IMG/VR virus record: IMGVR_UViG_3300035184_001394
Coordinates: 1 to 64,000 of that record
Reading direction: 5' to 3' (one strand)
From: a virus
Taxonomy: Duplodnaviria; Heunggongvirae; Uroviricota; Caudoviricetes
DNA length: 64,000 nt
The stretch's first letter is position 1, and every line of letters starts with the position of its first letter. Shown here piece by piece: positions 17,976 through 25,665 of this stretch. A program made the translations under genes and the position numbers. The notes beneath the pieces are model-generated. The model was not told the DNA's origin. It worked only from the letters and a program-made list of their open reading frames with translations, and made no database searches.

Positions 17976-18008
17976 TGTTTACCTCATTTATCTTGAATTT
18001 CATATGCT

Positions 18009-18037
18009 ATTATATAACAGTCAGTGACAAATGTCAA
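18009..18037 (-). promoter_or_regulatory. early sigma70-type promoter
   Basis: Minus strand TTGACA-17-TATAAT upstream of gene 47. Confidence 0.75.
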
Positions 18038-18058
18038 CGTTATATAATAATTTGTTTA

Positions 18059-18556
18059 TTAAACTACTTGAACTTTTTTTGAATATAACTTCTGTTCAAA
18101 ATCATTAACAAATTCGCTGATATATTCTGGTGGTTCGTTAAGTGTGACCTTAGCATCGCCAGCATCAATCATAGCTAATTCAGACATCATATGCTGAGAT
18201 GATTTAAAGCGGATATACATTTGCTTTTTCTCTTTTTGGATACGGCGTAGGAACGCAAACCAGATAATTTGCGTAAAGTACGCGAAAGGATTTTCCGATT
18301 TCTCTGAATTAAAGTTACACATATATTGTAAACAGTTCTCAACACCGTCAGATACCATATCTTCTTTATATGTGTAACCAGAGAAATTCGGTTTTGTTGC
18401 AAGTCGGGTAGCTATCAGCAATATGCATTTGCCAATATAATCTGGAACCCTTGGTTTAGGATCACTACACTCTTCTGCTTCTTTCACTTTATTGTTATAT
18501 TCAACAAGAGCTGCGAATAGATCTTTGTTATTTACATAATTTTTCTTTTTAGCCAT
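18059..18556 (-). CDS. 55: late sigma factor gp55
   Basis: MAKKKNYVNNKDLFAALVEY...NFSGYTYKEDMVSDGVE...NPFAYFTQIIWFAFLRRIQKEKK parallels T4 gp55 (YNYVNNKELLQAI...NFSGYTQSWKQEMIADGIE...[23 protein letters not shown]). I chose the internal ATG at 18556 rather than the track start at 18604. Confidence 0.85.
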   Translation of the reverse strand: MAKKKNYVNNKDLFAALVEYNNKVKEAEECSDPKPRVPDYIGKCILLIATRLATKPNFSGYTYKEDMVSDGVENCLQYMCNFNSEKSENPFAYFTQIIWFAFLRRIQKEKKQMYIRFKSSQHMMSELAMIDAGDAKVTLNEPPEYISEFVNDFEQKLYSKKVQVV

Positions 18557-18594
18557 TATATTTAAACCTACAGTTAATAATTTTAATAGCATAC

Positions 18595-18623
18595 ATTGTA
18601 CCACAGTTATTATTAAATGTCAA
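18595..18623 (-). promoter_or_regulatory. early sigma70-type promoter for gene 55
   Basis: Minus strand TTGACA-17-TACAAT. Confidence 0.65.
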
Positions 18624-18680
18624 CGTTTATTATATTTTAATTTATCTGAAATAGTTGTTGACATTTAATAATAACTGTGG
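18601..18680. repeat. 24-bp perfect inverted repeat (promoter -35 + spacer) with a 32-nt loop
   Basis: CCACAGTTATTATTAAATGTCAAC (18601-18624) is the exact reverse complement of GTTGACATTTAATAATAACTGTGG (18657-18680). Confidence 0.95.
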
Positions 18681-18686
18681 TATAAT
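18658..18686 (+). promoter_or_regulatory. consensus early promoter on the opposite strand, firing antisense into the uvsW 3' end
   Basis: Plus strand TTGACA-17-TATAAT. No credible plus-strand ORF lies downstream. Confidence 0.5.
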
Positions 18687-18721
18687 AGATGTATCATCGT
18701 TAGTAATAATACTAAAAGGCT

Positions 18722-20215
18722 TTAAATATCTATATTGTATATCTTTAATTCAAATTCTTCTTGACTATACATTTCAACTCTCTTCCTAAAATGTCTTAAA
18801 GTATAATTCTCTGAACTTTCTGTTCCAAGATTATCAGCAATATCGTATAGAGTTGCTTTGTCCGACCCGTTGCCTTTCCTGAGTGATCGACCAACAGATT
18901 GTAATACTTTAATCTCAGATTTAGAACCGGACGCAAATATAACATTATCAAGTCTGCGCAAGTTCACGCCAGTTGAGAATGTGCCGTATGAAGCAAGAAT
19001 ATTATGTTTCTTTTCAGGATCATTTTCAACTAAGTGCCTGATACGTTCACGTTCTTCACCACTCACACTACCATGAATAAAATGTAATACACGGCCTTCT
19101 TTCTGTAAAATTGGCTCTAATACTTTGCCATGCTTCTCGACTAAATCAAATAATATTAAATTGTTCTGACCTTCCAATGACCATAATAAGTTACGAATAA
19201 AGATATTACGTTTAGTATGATTATTTATGAATTCGCGTTCTGCCGGATATTTACGAGTTGGCTCTTTAATAGTTTTAAGAGCTGTTCTAAACTTTTTCTT
19301 TTCTTCCTTTGAATATTCAAGTACAATACCTTTGATTTTAAAGTCAGCAACCGTGCCATCGTCAATTAGATTCTTAGTAGTCACATATTTACGAGTAGAT
19401 CCAAATGAACCTTCTAATACAAGCCTATTAGTTTTAGACTCAGAAGATTTAAGCGTACCAGTGAATCCATGTCTATAACGACAATCAGTCATTTTTTCCA
19501 TAATCGTAGTCAAAGCTTTTGCTTGGAATAAATGGGCTTCATCGCCAAGTACAACACCAAACTGACTAAACCACTCTTTTGGCATTTTTTGTAATGATTG
19601 CCAAGTACTGATAACGATTGGAGCTCGAGTATTTTTCTCGACACCACCTTTAATTGTATAAATCAATTCAGACTTACAACCATAATCAACAAAATCACCC
19701 GCCATCTGGAATACTAACGAGACAGTCGGCACAATAATGAGTGTTCGTAATTGCTCAGTTTGGTAGTAATGTTGTTGCAATAGATATATAATTAATGATT
19801 TACCAGATGAAGTTGGAGATACGTTAAGCGAACGTCTATCTCTTATTGCATTAACAATATATTTGTTTTGATAATCTCTTGGTTGAAATTTAGACTTGAC
19901 TAGTTTAGCAATATCATATCCATAATCATCCGCGCATCTATCTTTATCTTGTAATTCAGACGGCAAATTAAGTTCGTATTCTCGAACCTCACAGAACTTT
20001 TTGAGATGGTTTAACAGTCCAACTAGAAGTAATGGCTTAAATGGAGAGTACATTCGTATAACACCATCCCACATCCGGGATTTGTATTTTGGTGAGAATT
20101 GATAGCCTTCTGGTTTGAAGGAGAAATAGTCAGAAAGTTCTTGCCGTACAGATGGATCAGCAGTCACTTTCATATTAACTTCATTTATATATTCGACATT
20201 AATTATGTCAGCCAT
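18722..20215 (-). CDS. uvsW: UvsW-like SF2 DNA/RNA helicase
   Basis: Motif I SPTSSGKS, motif II VVLGDEAH, motif III TGT and motif VI QSVGRSLR. Size (497 aa) and T4-like genomic context are consistent. Confidence 0.8.
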   Translation of the reverse strand: MADIINVEYINEVNMKVTADPSVRQELSDYFSFKPEGYQFSPKYKSRMWDGVIRMYSPFKPLLLVGLLNHLKKFCEVREYELNLPSELQDKDRCADDYGYDIAKLVKSKFQPRDYQNKYIVNAIRDRRSLNVSPTSSGKSLIIYLLQQHYYQTEQLRTLIIVPTVSLVFQMAGDFVDYGCKSELIYTIKGGVEKNTRAPIVISTWQSLQKMPKEWFSQFGVVLGDEAHLFQAKALTTIMEKMTDCRYRHGFTGTLKSSESKTNRLVLEGSFGSTRKYVTTKNLIDDGTVADFKIKGIVLEYSKEEKKKFRTALKTIKEPTRKYPAEREFINNHTKRNIFIRNLLWSLEGQNNLILFDLVEKHGKVLEPILQKEGRVLHFIHGSVSGEERERIRHLVENDPEKKHNILASYGTFSTGVNLRRLDNVIFASGSKSEIKVLQSVGRSLRKGNGSDKATLYDIADNLGTESSENYTLRHFRKRVEMYSQEEFELKIYNIDI

Positions 20216-20257
20216 GATATACCCAATATTATTTGTTATTGAATATATTTATAAAAA

Positions 20258-20389
20258 TTAATCGAAGTCGTATATGGCTATTGGGTACGGGTTTTTGTCA
20301 CACTCCCATTCACCATTTCCACGATATGTGAAGACAAATCTATCACCACACCAGAACCTTGTTACTGTTTCACCTATTGTTCGTTTCAT
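20258..20389 (-). CDS. possible small protein (43 aa)
   Basis: Own translation MKRTIGETVTRFWCGDRFVFTYRGNGEWECDKNPYPIAIYDFD. Fills the gap upstream of uvsW. Confidence 0.3.
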   Translation of the reverse strand: MKRTIGETVTRFWCGDRFVFTYRGNGEWECDKNPYPIAIYDFD

Positions 20390-20404
20390 AATATAATTCC
20401 TAAA

Positions 20405-20752
20405 TTAATTATCACTAGTAATTCCTAATAAAATATCAACAGCTTTAAATTCAGACTCATTGCAACGATCATTAAGTAGTTTAATCTTAGCATTAAGTTC
20501 TTCATTTGCATTATCTAGATCATATTTAAGTTCATCGATTAAATCGTGAAGTCTTTTTATTTCGCGTCTTTGCTCAATTGCGTTGCTGATGTCATCTAAT
20601 AGTCTAAGATTAGGAATTGTATTAACGTAGTCCCATTCGTCATCTTCGAGTAGCATATATCCATTTGAAGTATACATGTAATATAAGTTATCATCGCCAA
20701 CGTGAGTAGGACGCGTAATATGTTGGCTTAACTCTGTGTTTTTGTTATCCAT
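20405..20752 (-). CDS. hypothetical coiled-coil protein (~115 aa)
   Basis: ORF track, trimmed to the ATG at 20752, which overlaps the upstream stop by 8 nt. Has a heptad-like C-terminal half. Confidence 0.5.
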   Translation of the reverse strand: MDNKNTELSQHITRPTHVGDDNLYYMYTSNGYMLLEDDEWDYVNTIPNLRLLDDISNAIEQRREIKRLHDLIDELKYDLDNANEELNAKIKLLNDRCNESEFKAVDILLGITSDN

Positions 20753-21017
20753 TGCCTTTCTCCATAACATGTTGATACAAGAGTTTAAGATCACATAAAT
20801 CGTTTATATCTTCAATATCGTAACCCCATACAAGCGAGAAGTCTTCGATAAATTCTTCAAATGTTAACTCTGAATTGACTAGAGCATGCGGAACGATATC
20901 GCTTTTTGTGCAAAAATATCGATGTCTCTTAACTTTTACAGTAGCGTATGAAACAACTGTTTGACAGAATACGCTATCGTCAATAAATAATTGATTTATA
21001 TTCTCGGTAACTTTCAT
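20745..21017 (-). CDS. hypothetical protein (90 aa)
   Basis: ORF track. Confidence 0.5.
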   Translation of the reverse strand: MKVTENINQLFIDDSVFCQTVVSYATVKVKRHRYFCTKSDIVPHALVNSELTFEEFIEDFSLVWGYDIEDINDLCDLKLLYQHVMEKGNG

Positions 21018-21071
21018 AATTTAATTCCTTTATCAATTTATTAGACTATTATAATCAAATCAAAATGTTAA

Positions 21072-21659
21072 CTATTCAATATAGCGAACATCATCTGAAT
21101 CTACTACTAATATTTGCGGTACCAGGCCAGCAACATTAGTGTTAATTTTCCACAAACCATCGCTCTTAAGTGTATTTTTGTCAAGAATTGCAAAGAATGA
21201 TTCGCTATTCTCAGTATTACTACAATTTAACACTAATTGATTATGTGTTACTGCAGTAATAGTAATAAAGACATAATCATCGTAAATGTATCCGTGAAAT
21301 TCATCGCCTATTACAATTGGTACATCGAGATAATTACTAGTACTAACTTCTTTTTGGTATACAAATTTTGTTTTATTAATTTGACTAAAATAAACTGGTG
21401 TGTTATTTTTGCAGACTTCTATAGAAATACTATCTAATTTAATTCTGTCTTGACCACATCTTCTAAATTCTTCATTGTCTTTAATAACACTCACATTATA
21501 ACCCCAACCAACTTCCTGTATGACTAATGTACCATCTTGATTACTTAGAACTCTCCAGTCGATGGTTTGTGATTTTCTTGTAGTTTTTACTAAGGAATTT
21601 ACTTTTAGATCAATTTCCTTAGTTTTAATTACATCAACTTTAGTATTTCGTACGAACAT
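21072..21659 (-). CDS. hypothetical protein, paralog A (195 aa)
   Basis: MFVRNTKVDVIKTKEIDLK...VLSNQDGTLVIQEV...KFVYQKEV...SFFAILDKN...SDDVRYIE is collinear with ORF 22015-22611. Confidence 0.55.
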   Translation of the reverse strand: MFVRNTKVDVIKTKEIDLKVNSLVKTTRKSQTIDWRVLSNQDGTLVIQEVGWGYNVSVIKDNEEFRRCGQDRIKLDSISIEVCKNNTPVYFSQINKTKFVYQKEVSTSNYLDVPIVIGDEFHGYIYDDYVFITITAVTHNQLVLNCSNTENSESFFAILDKNTLKSDGLWKINTNVAGLVPQILVVDSDDVRYIE

Positions 21660-21689
21660 AATTTATTGCCTTTATCAATTTATGTAACT

Positions 21690-21718
21690 ATAATAAAATA
21701 ATGACAGCGAAATGTCAA
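21690..21718 (-). promoter_or_regulatory. early sigma70-type promoter
   Basis: Minus strand TTGACA-17-TATTAT. Confidence 0.6.
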
Positions 21719-21721
21719 CTA

Positions 21722-21994
21722 TTATTTTTTATTTCGCTGTACTTTTAATTCGTCTCTCAAAATGTCAACGCCTTGAATTTCATGAGCTGATGCTGGTCCG
21801 TCAACACCAGTCATGCATGCTACTAAACTGCATCTATGCTTATCTAGTTTATTTTTAAGATTGTCGATTTTCTTATCTTTTGCGTTTAATAAATTGCACA
21901 AGTCACTTAATTCAATTTCAACATCACCTAACATTATTCTGCTTTTTGATTCCATATCAGAATAACAAAACTTGTATACACATTCATATTTCAT
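21722..21994 (-). CDS. hypothetical protein (90 aa)
   Basis: ORF track. Confidence 0.5.
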   Translation of the reverse strand: MKYECVYKFCYSDMESKSRIMLGDVEIELSDLCNLLNAKDKKIDNLKNKLDKHRCSLVACMTGVDGPASAHEIQGVDILRDELKVQRNKK

Positions 21995-22014
21995 AATATA
22001 ATTACTTTATAAGG

Positions 22015-22611
22015 TTATACTGCTTCTGTGTAACGTATATCAGATGAATCTAAGTGTAATGTGTTACCATTTTCAAGGAAGATTTTCCAATCGCCGTCAG
22101 AGATAATAGAATCTTTGTCAAGAACTGCAAAGAATGATTTATCAGTATCATTATCGTGATAATTTAGTACTAATTGTTCATCTGAAACTGCACTAATAGT
22201 AACTGCAACATGATTTTCGTCATTATCGTCATTAAGGTACCCACTTAATTCGTCACCTGTTGTAATTCGGGCATCTTGGCGTACGTGAGTAATAACTTCT
22301 TTTTGGTATACAAATCTTGATTTAGAATAATCGCAACTAAAACAGATAGGAGTTGTATTTTGATCTATCTTTATAAAAATATCTAGAATTTCAGTTTTAT
22401 CTGTACCACATTCCATATAATTATTATGGTCTTGTATGACATTAACATTACTTAGACATTTAACTTCTTGAACAACTAACACACCACCATCATTACTCAG
22501 AACATGATAGTCAGCTTGCCTTTTATTAGAATTAATTGTAACTACAGTGTTAGACTTTAAAACAATTTCCTTAGTTTCAACTTTAGGAACTGCAACATTT
22601 CGTACAAACAT
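22015..22611 (-). CDS. hypothetical protein, paralog B (198 aa)
   Basis: MFVRNVAVPKVETKEIVLK...VLSNDGGVLVVQEV...RFVYQKEV...SFFAVLDKD...SSDIRYTE. Confidence 0.55.
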   Translation of the reverse strand: MFVRNVAVPKVETKEIVLKSNTVVTINSNKRQADYHVLSNDGGVLVVQEVKCLSNVNVIQDHNNYMECGTDKTEILDIFIKIDQNTTPICFSCDYSKSRFVYQKEVITHVRQDARITTGDELSGYLNDDNDENHVAVTISAVSDEQLVLNYHDNDTDKSFFAVLDKDSIISDGDWKIFLENGNTLHLDSSDIRYTEAV

Positions 22612-22641
22612 AATTTATTACCTTTATCAATTTATGAGAAT

Positions 22642-22670
22642 ATTACAACACATTCAAAGCTAAATGTCAA
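22642..22670 (-). promoter_or_regulatory. early sigma70-type promoter
   Basis: Minus strand TTGACA-17-TGTAAT. Confidence 0.55.
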
Positions 22671-22673
22671 CGA

Positions 22674-23111
22674 TTAATATTCCCCAGCCTGAAATTTCAT
22701 CACATCTATAATCGACTTAATTATAAAATTGCGAGAGTGTATGGTTTTAATAATATCCTCTAGATAATTAGCTCGAGCGGAATAATAGTCAACTTTTAAA
22801 CTTTTTGCTATGATATCTTTATCAGCTTGGATGTGCTTGTCGACATCGTTGCGTAAAACTTTGAGTTGGAATGGCTTCCAACTCATTTCATTTAAGGTCT
22901 CTTCAGCCATCGAACCATCATAGTATGATCGCTTCAGGTGTTCTAAAGTTCTATATTCAGCTTTGTGTTTTTTGACCCGTAGTACTTCATTGAAGTACAT
23001 GTTATAATATTTACTATGAAGCTTAGGTATATTTTTAGATTCACTAATCAGATTGTTTTCGTCAATAGTTGAATCTTTTGCCCATATCTCGCTTAGATCA
23101 TCAATACTCAT
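22674..23111 (-). CDS. uvsY: recombination mediator UvsY
   Basis: LHSKYYNMY...YYDGS...ARANYLEDIIKTIHSRNFIIKSIIDVMKFQAGEY parallels T4 UvsY (LYSKWLNKH...YYSGRG...ALDAIKSRGFAIKHIQDMRAFEAGK). Confidence 0.75.
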   Translation of the reverse strand: MSIDDLSEIWAKDSTIDENNLISESKNIPKLHSKYYNMYFNEVLRVKKHKAEYRTLEHLKRSYYDGSMAEETLNEMSWKPFQLKVLRNDVDKHIQADKDIIAKSLKVDYYSARANYLEDIIKTIHSRNFIIKSIIDVMKFQAGEY

Positions 23112-23139
23112 TATGTATCCTTTATCAATTTATGCGACT

Positions 23140-23168
23140 ATCATATCACAATCATTATGAAATGTCAA
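23140..23168 (-). promoter_or_regulatory. early sigma70-type promoter
   Basis: Minus strand TTGACA-17-TATGAT. Confidence 0.55.
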
Positions 23169-23171
23169 CAA

Positions 23172-23654
23172 TTATATTTTTTCTATTTTAAAATAATTAT
23201 ACTTGAAAGTTGCAGTTGCTTCTGGATATTCGATTGTTGTTGCAGTAACGTCTAGTTGAATATCAGATAAACTTATTGGAAAACAGTCAACGAAAGTAAT
23301 TCTTAAGTGTGGGTTTTTGTGACTATTCGTAATAAGGATAATTATGTCAGCTTTTTCAGTAAGTCCGTTTGGAAATTTACCATATTGAGAGCTTTCTTGT
23401 GGAGCACTTATTCCTATAAGCCAATTTGTTATTTCTAAATAATTGTCCATAGTCTCATTAACTATAAACGATAAAATTAGATCATCATATTCTAATCTAT
23501 CACCAACATTAAAAATATTACCAAGCGGAGAGCCAGTATTGATATTACCAGATGATATAGAAGGAATGTTTATTTTTTGAGTATTAAATTCAACATTAGG
23601 CAAACGATCAATCGATATAGAAAAACTCGCCGTTGATAAATAATTAGTATCCAT
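23172..23654 (-). CDS. tail-tube-fold structural protein (gp19/gp48/gp54 superfamily), 160 aa
   Basis: The layout F.I.I...P...F....a.iP......G.....GDR.eYDdl..sf.v.e......W.....FP..l.diqLD......e...tf.y mirrors T4 gp19 (163 aa) as recalled. Confidence 0.5.
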   Translation of the reverse strand: MDTNYLSTASFSISIDRLPNVEFNTQKINIPSISSGNINTGSPLGNIFNVGDRLEYDDLILSFIVNETMDNYLEITNWLIGISAPQESSQYGKFPNGLTEKADIIILITNSHKNPHLRITFVDCFPISLSDIQLDVTATTIEYPEATATFKYNYFKIEKI

Positions 23655-23692
23655 TTGTTTAACCTATAAAATATTAATGAAAGTAATACTCT

Positions 23693-23700
23693 TATTTATA
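23693..23700 (-). promoter_or_regulatory. T4-type late promoter TATAAATA
   Basis: Minus strand TATAAATA about 40 nt upstream of the ATG at 23654. Confidence 0.45.
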
Positions 23701-23721
23701 CAAGCTTCCAAGGAGTTCAAA

Positions 23722-23940
23722 ATGTCAGATTTAGTACACAACATAATAGATGATATCGAGTCAGAAATAAGCGAGATACAAATTATGTATCTCGATGGTT
23801 CTATATCTCTTGCTGAGCTTAACGATATGTGTGATTACCATACAGATTTAGAAAAGATTAATTTTAAGTTAGAAACGCGGAGTGATAAGGAATTGGCGGA
23901 GAAATTAATCACCGCCATACTTGAAGTTTACAATTTATAG
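23722..23940 (+). CDS. hypothetical acidic protein (72 aa)
   Basis: ORF track, trimmed to the ATG preceded by AAGGAG. A lone plus-strand ORF in a minus-strand block. Confidence 0.4.
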   Translation: MSDLVHNIIDDIESEISEIQIMYLDGSISLAELNDMCDYHTDLEKINFKLETRSDKELAEKLITAILEVYNL

Positions 23941-25299
23941 TTTATCAATATCTGTTGTGAATTGGTTACTAGGTGTTGTTGTTTTCCAGAATTTTAGTTC
24001 AGCTTGAGCTTCTTTAATTTCTTTTGCTAGGCTTTTAACCATTTCGTCTGTTAAGCTCATAATGTTAATACGAAGCAAACGTTCAGAATCATCGTTACAA
24101 AGCGGAATTAAAGCATTAATCATTTGGTCTACAACTTGAGCTTTTTTCTTATTCTTAAATACGATATTATCGTCTAATACAGCTTGGATAAAATTCATTT
24201 TGACATTTAACCATCTGGCTTTTTCTGATATGTCACTAATTTGTATATCGATACGTTTTTGTAAGATACCCAACCTAAAATCACAGAAGTCTTTAATAAG
24301 CTGTCGCGCATCATCGTATTCGCGCAACTTACCATTGTAGTCGATTACAGTCAAGTTTTCAGATATTGATTTAGTAAGTTTAAACTTTTGTAATATTTTC
24401 GCATCGTTCCAGCTTGACGCTGTATTTAGTTTTAATTTAACTTCAAAGCAAAAACCAGTCTTGTCGCATAAATCATCATAACCAACAATATCTCCATCAT
24501 CTTCCAGTTTGTCTAATACTTTAACATAAGACTCACGATCGAATCCATATGGTACTTCAGTAATAGCCAGTTGTGTTTTACTCTTCCTATTATAAAGACC
24601 ACACACATTATATTTGTTAGGTTCGTCGCCATTAACGACGGTGCCTTTAAAGTCTGGAAATTTAATTTTAGGTTGTCTTGTGATTTTACCCTTTGTTAAA
24701 TATTCTCTACATGCTTTAATAACACTATTAGGATCGCGGGGCACGACGTTTGTAGCGAAACCAGTTGCGATACCTTTGGTGCCATTCACGAGAACTAACG
24801 GAATAACTGGTAAATAGAATGACGGCGGTTCATGCTCAGGATCGTCGTGAACCGGAGCTAAATTGATGTCTTTAATATATTTGTTGAAATTATCGTGCAA
24901 CTTGGTGTAAACATATCTTGGAGCACCAGCTTCTTGTATTAAGCGAGTACCAAATGAACCACGACCTTCGATTAAACAAAGATTGTTATTCCACTCAGCT
25001 GCCATTAACACACCTGCACCTGCAGCAGAGGATTCTCCGTGGTTATAACCATAATCTGATATGATACCTGAAACAGCTGATACTTTCTTGAACGTAGATT
25101 TCGAATTCATAATAGATGAATATAGATAAAACCGCTGTACAGGTTTCATACCATCTATCATATTTGGAATAGCTCGTGACTCTACAGTATACATCGCGAA
25201 TGATTTCCATTCGTTAGCAGCAACTTTAGAAATTGGATACATATTGTCATTCGATACTACAGTATTATCGTCATTTGTAAAACTTGTTAAATCAACCAT
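23935..25299 (-). CDS. 52: DNA topoisomerase II medium subunit gp52 (GyrA-like cleavage core)
   Basis: RAIPNMIDGMKPVQRF (GyrA N-terminal signature) and ..GAPRYVYTKL (active-site Tyr context). 454 aa, close to T4 gp52. Confidence 0.85.
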   Translation of the reverse strand: MVDLTSFTNDDNTVVSNDNMYPISKVAANEWKSFAMYTVESRAIPNMIDGMKPVQRFYLYSSIMNSKSTFKKVSAVSGIISDYGYNHGESSAAGAGVLMAAEWNNNLCLIEGRGSFGTRLIQEAGAPRYVYTKLHDNFNKYIKDINLAPVHDDPEHEPPSFYLPVIPLVLVNGTKGIATGFATNVVPRDPNSVIKACREYLTKGKITRQPKIKFPDFKGTVVNGDEPNKYNVCGLYNRKSKTQLAITEVPYGFDRESYVKVLDKLEDDGDIVGYDDLCDKTGFCFEVKLKLNTASSWNDAKILQKFKLTKSISENLTVIDYNGKLREYDDARQLIKDFCDFRLGILQKRIDIQISDISEKARWLNVKMNFIQAVLDDNIVFKNKKKAQVVDQMINALIPLCNDDSERLLRINIMSLTDEMVKSLAKEIKEAQAELKFWKTTTPSNQFTTDIDKL

Positions 25300-25326
25300 A
25301 ATCTACCTTATTTAATTTATGATACT

Positions 25327-25355
25327 ATTATATCGCATTCATTATGAAATGTCAA
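25327..25355 (-). promoter_or_regulatory. early sigma70-type promoter
   Basis: Minus strand TTGACA-17-TATAAT upstream of gene 52. Confidence 0.75.
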
Positions 25356-25509
25356 CGTTTATTTTTGAATTATATAATGATGCAGCATAATCATCAAGCT
25401 GCTCAAATTTGATAATGTCTTCTTCATAAGCAAGCTGAGATTTAGCTAAACATTCGTCCCACAGTTTCCAATCGAGATTGTTTGTATCTTTATCAATTCG
25501 TTTAACCAT
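25342..25509 (-). CDS. hypothetical protein (55 aa)
   Basis: ORF track, trimmed to the ATG at 25509 with an AGGAA RBS. Confidence 0.4.
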   Translation of the reverse strand: MVKRIDKDTNNLDWKLWDECLAKSQLAYEEDIIKFEQLDDYAASLYNSKINVDIS

Positions 25510-25520
25510 AATATTATTCC

Positions 25521-25661
25521 TTACTGTAAATGTGTTGGATAAAATTCCCACTCTTGTCCGTCTGAGTCCTTTCTTTTCCACCCTACATGAATACCCTTAC
25601 TATCAAAAATAGGTTTGCAATCTGGTGGAGCCATTTGCTTTAACTCGTATGGTCTAGTCAT
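25521..25661 (-). CDS. hypothetical protein (46 aa)
   Basis: ORF track, trimmed to the ATG at 25661 with a GAGGAA RBS, 4 nt after the gene 39 stop. Confidence 0.35.
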   Translation of the reverse strand: MTRPYELKQMAPPDCKPIFDSKGIHVGWKRKDSDGQEWEFYPTHLQ

Positions 25662-25665
25662 AGTA

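Noticed and set aside
18858-19076. A 72-aa plus-strand ORF downstream of the plus-strand promoter at 18658-18686, considered as its possible coding target.
   Set aside because: It starts about 170 nt from the promoter without an RBS and lies entirely antisense to uvsW helicase motifs. Any transcript here is more likely non-coding.
21043-21071. A promoter-cassette-like sequence upstream of ORF 20745-21017, considered as a functional early promoter.
   Set aside because: The -35 is TTAACA and the spacer to the ATTATA/TATAAT box is only 12 nt. It is probably a decayed cassette and is therefore not listed as a promoter.
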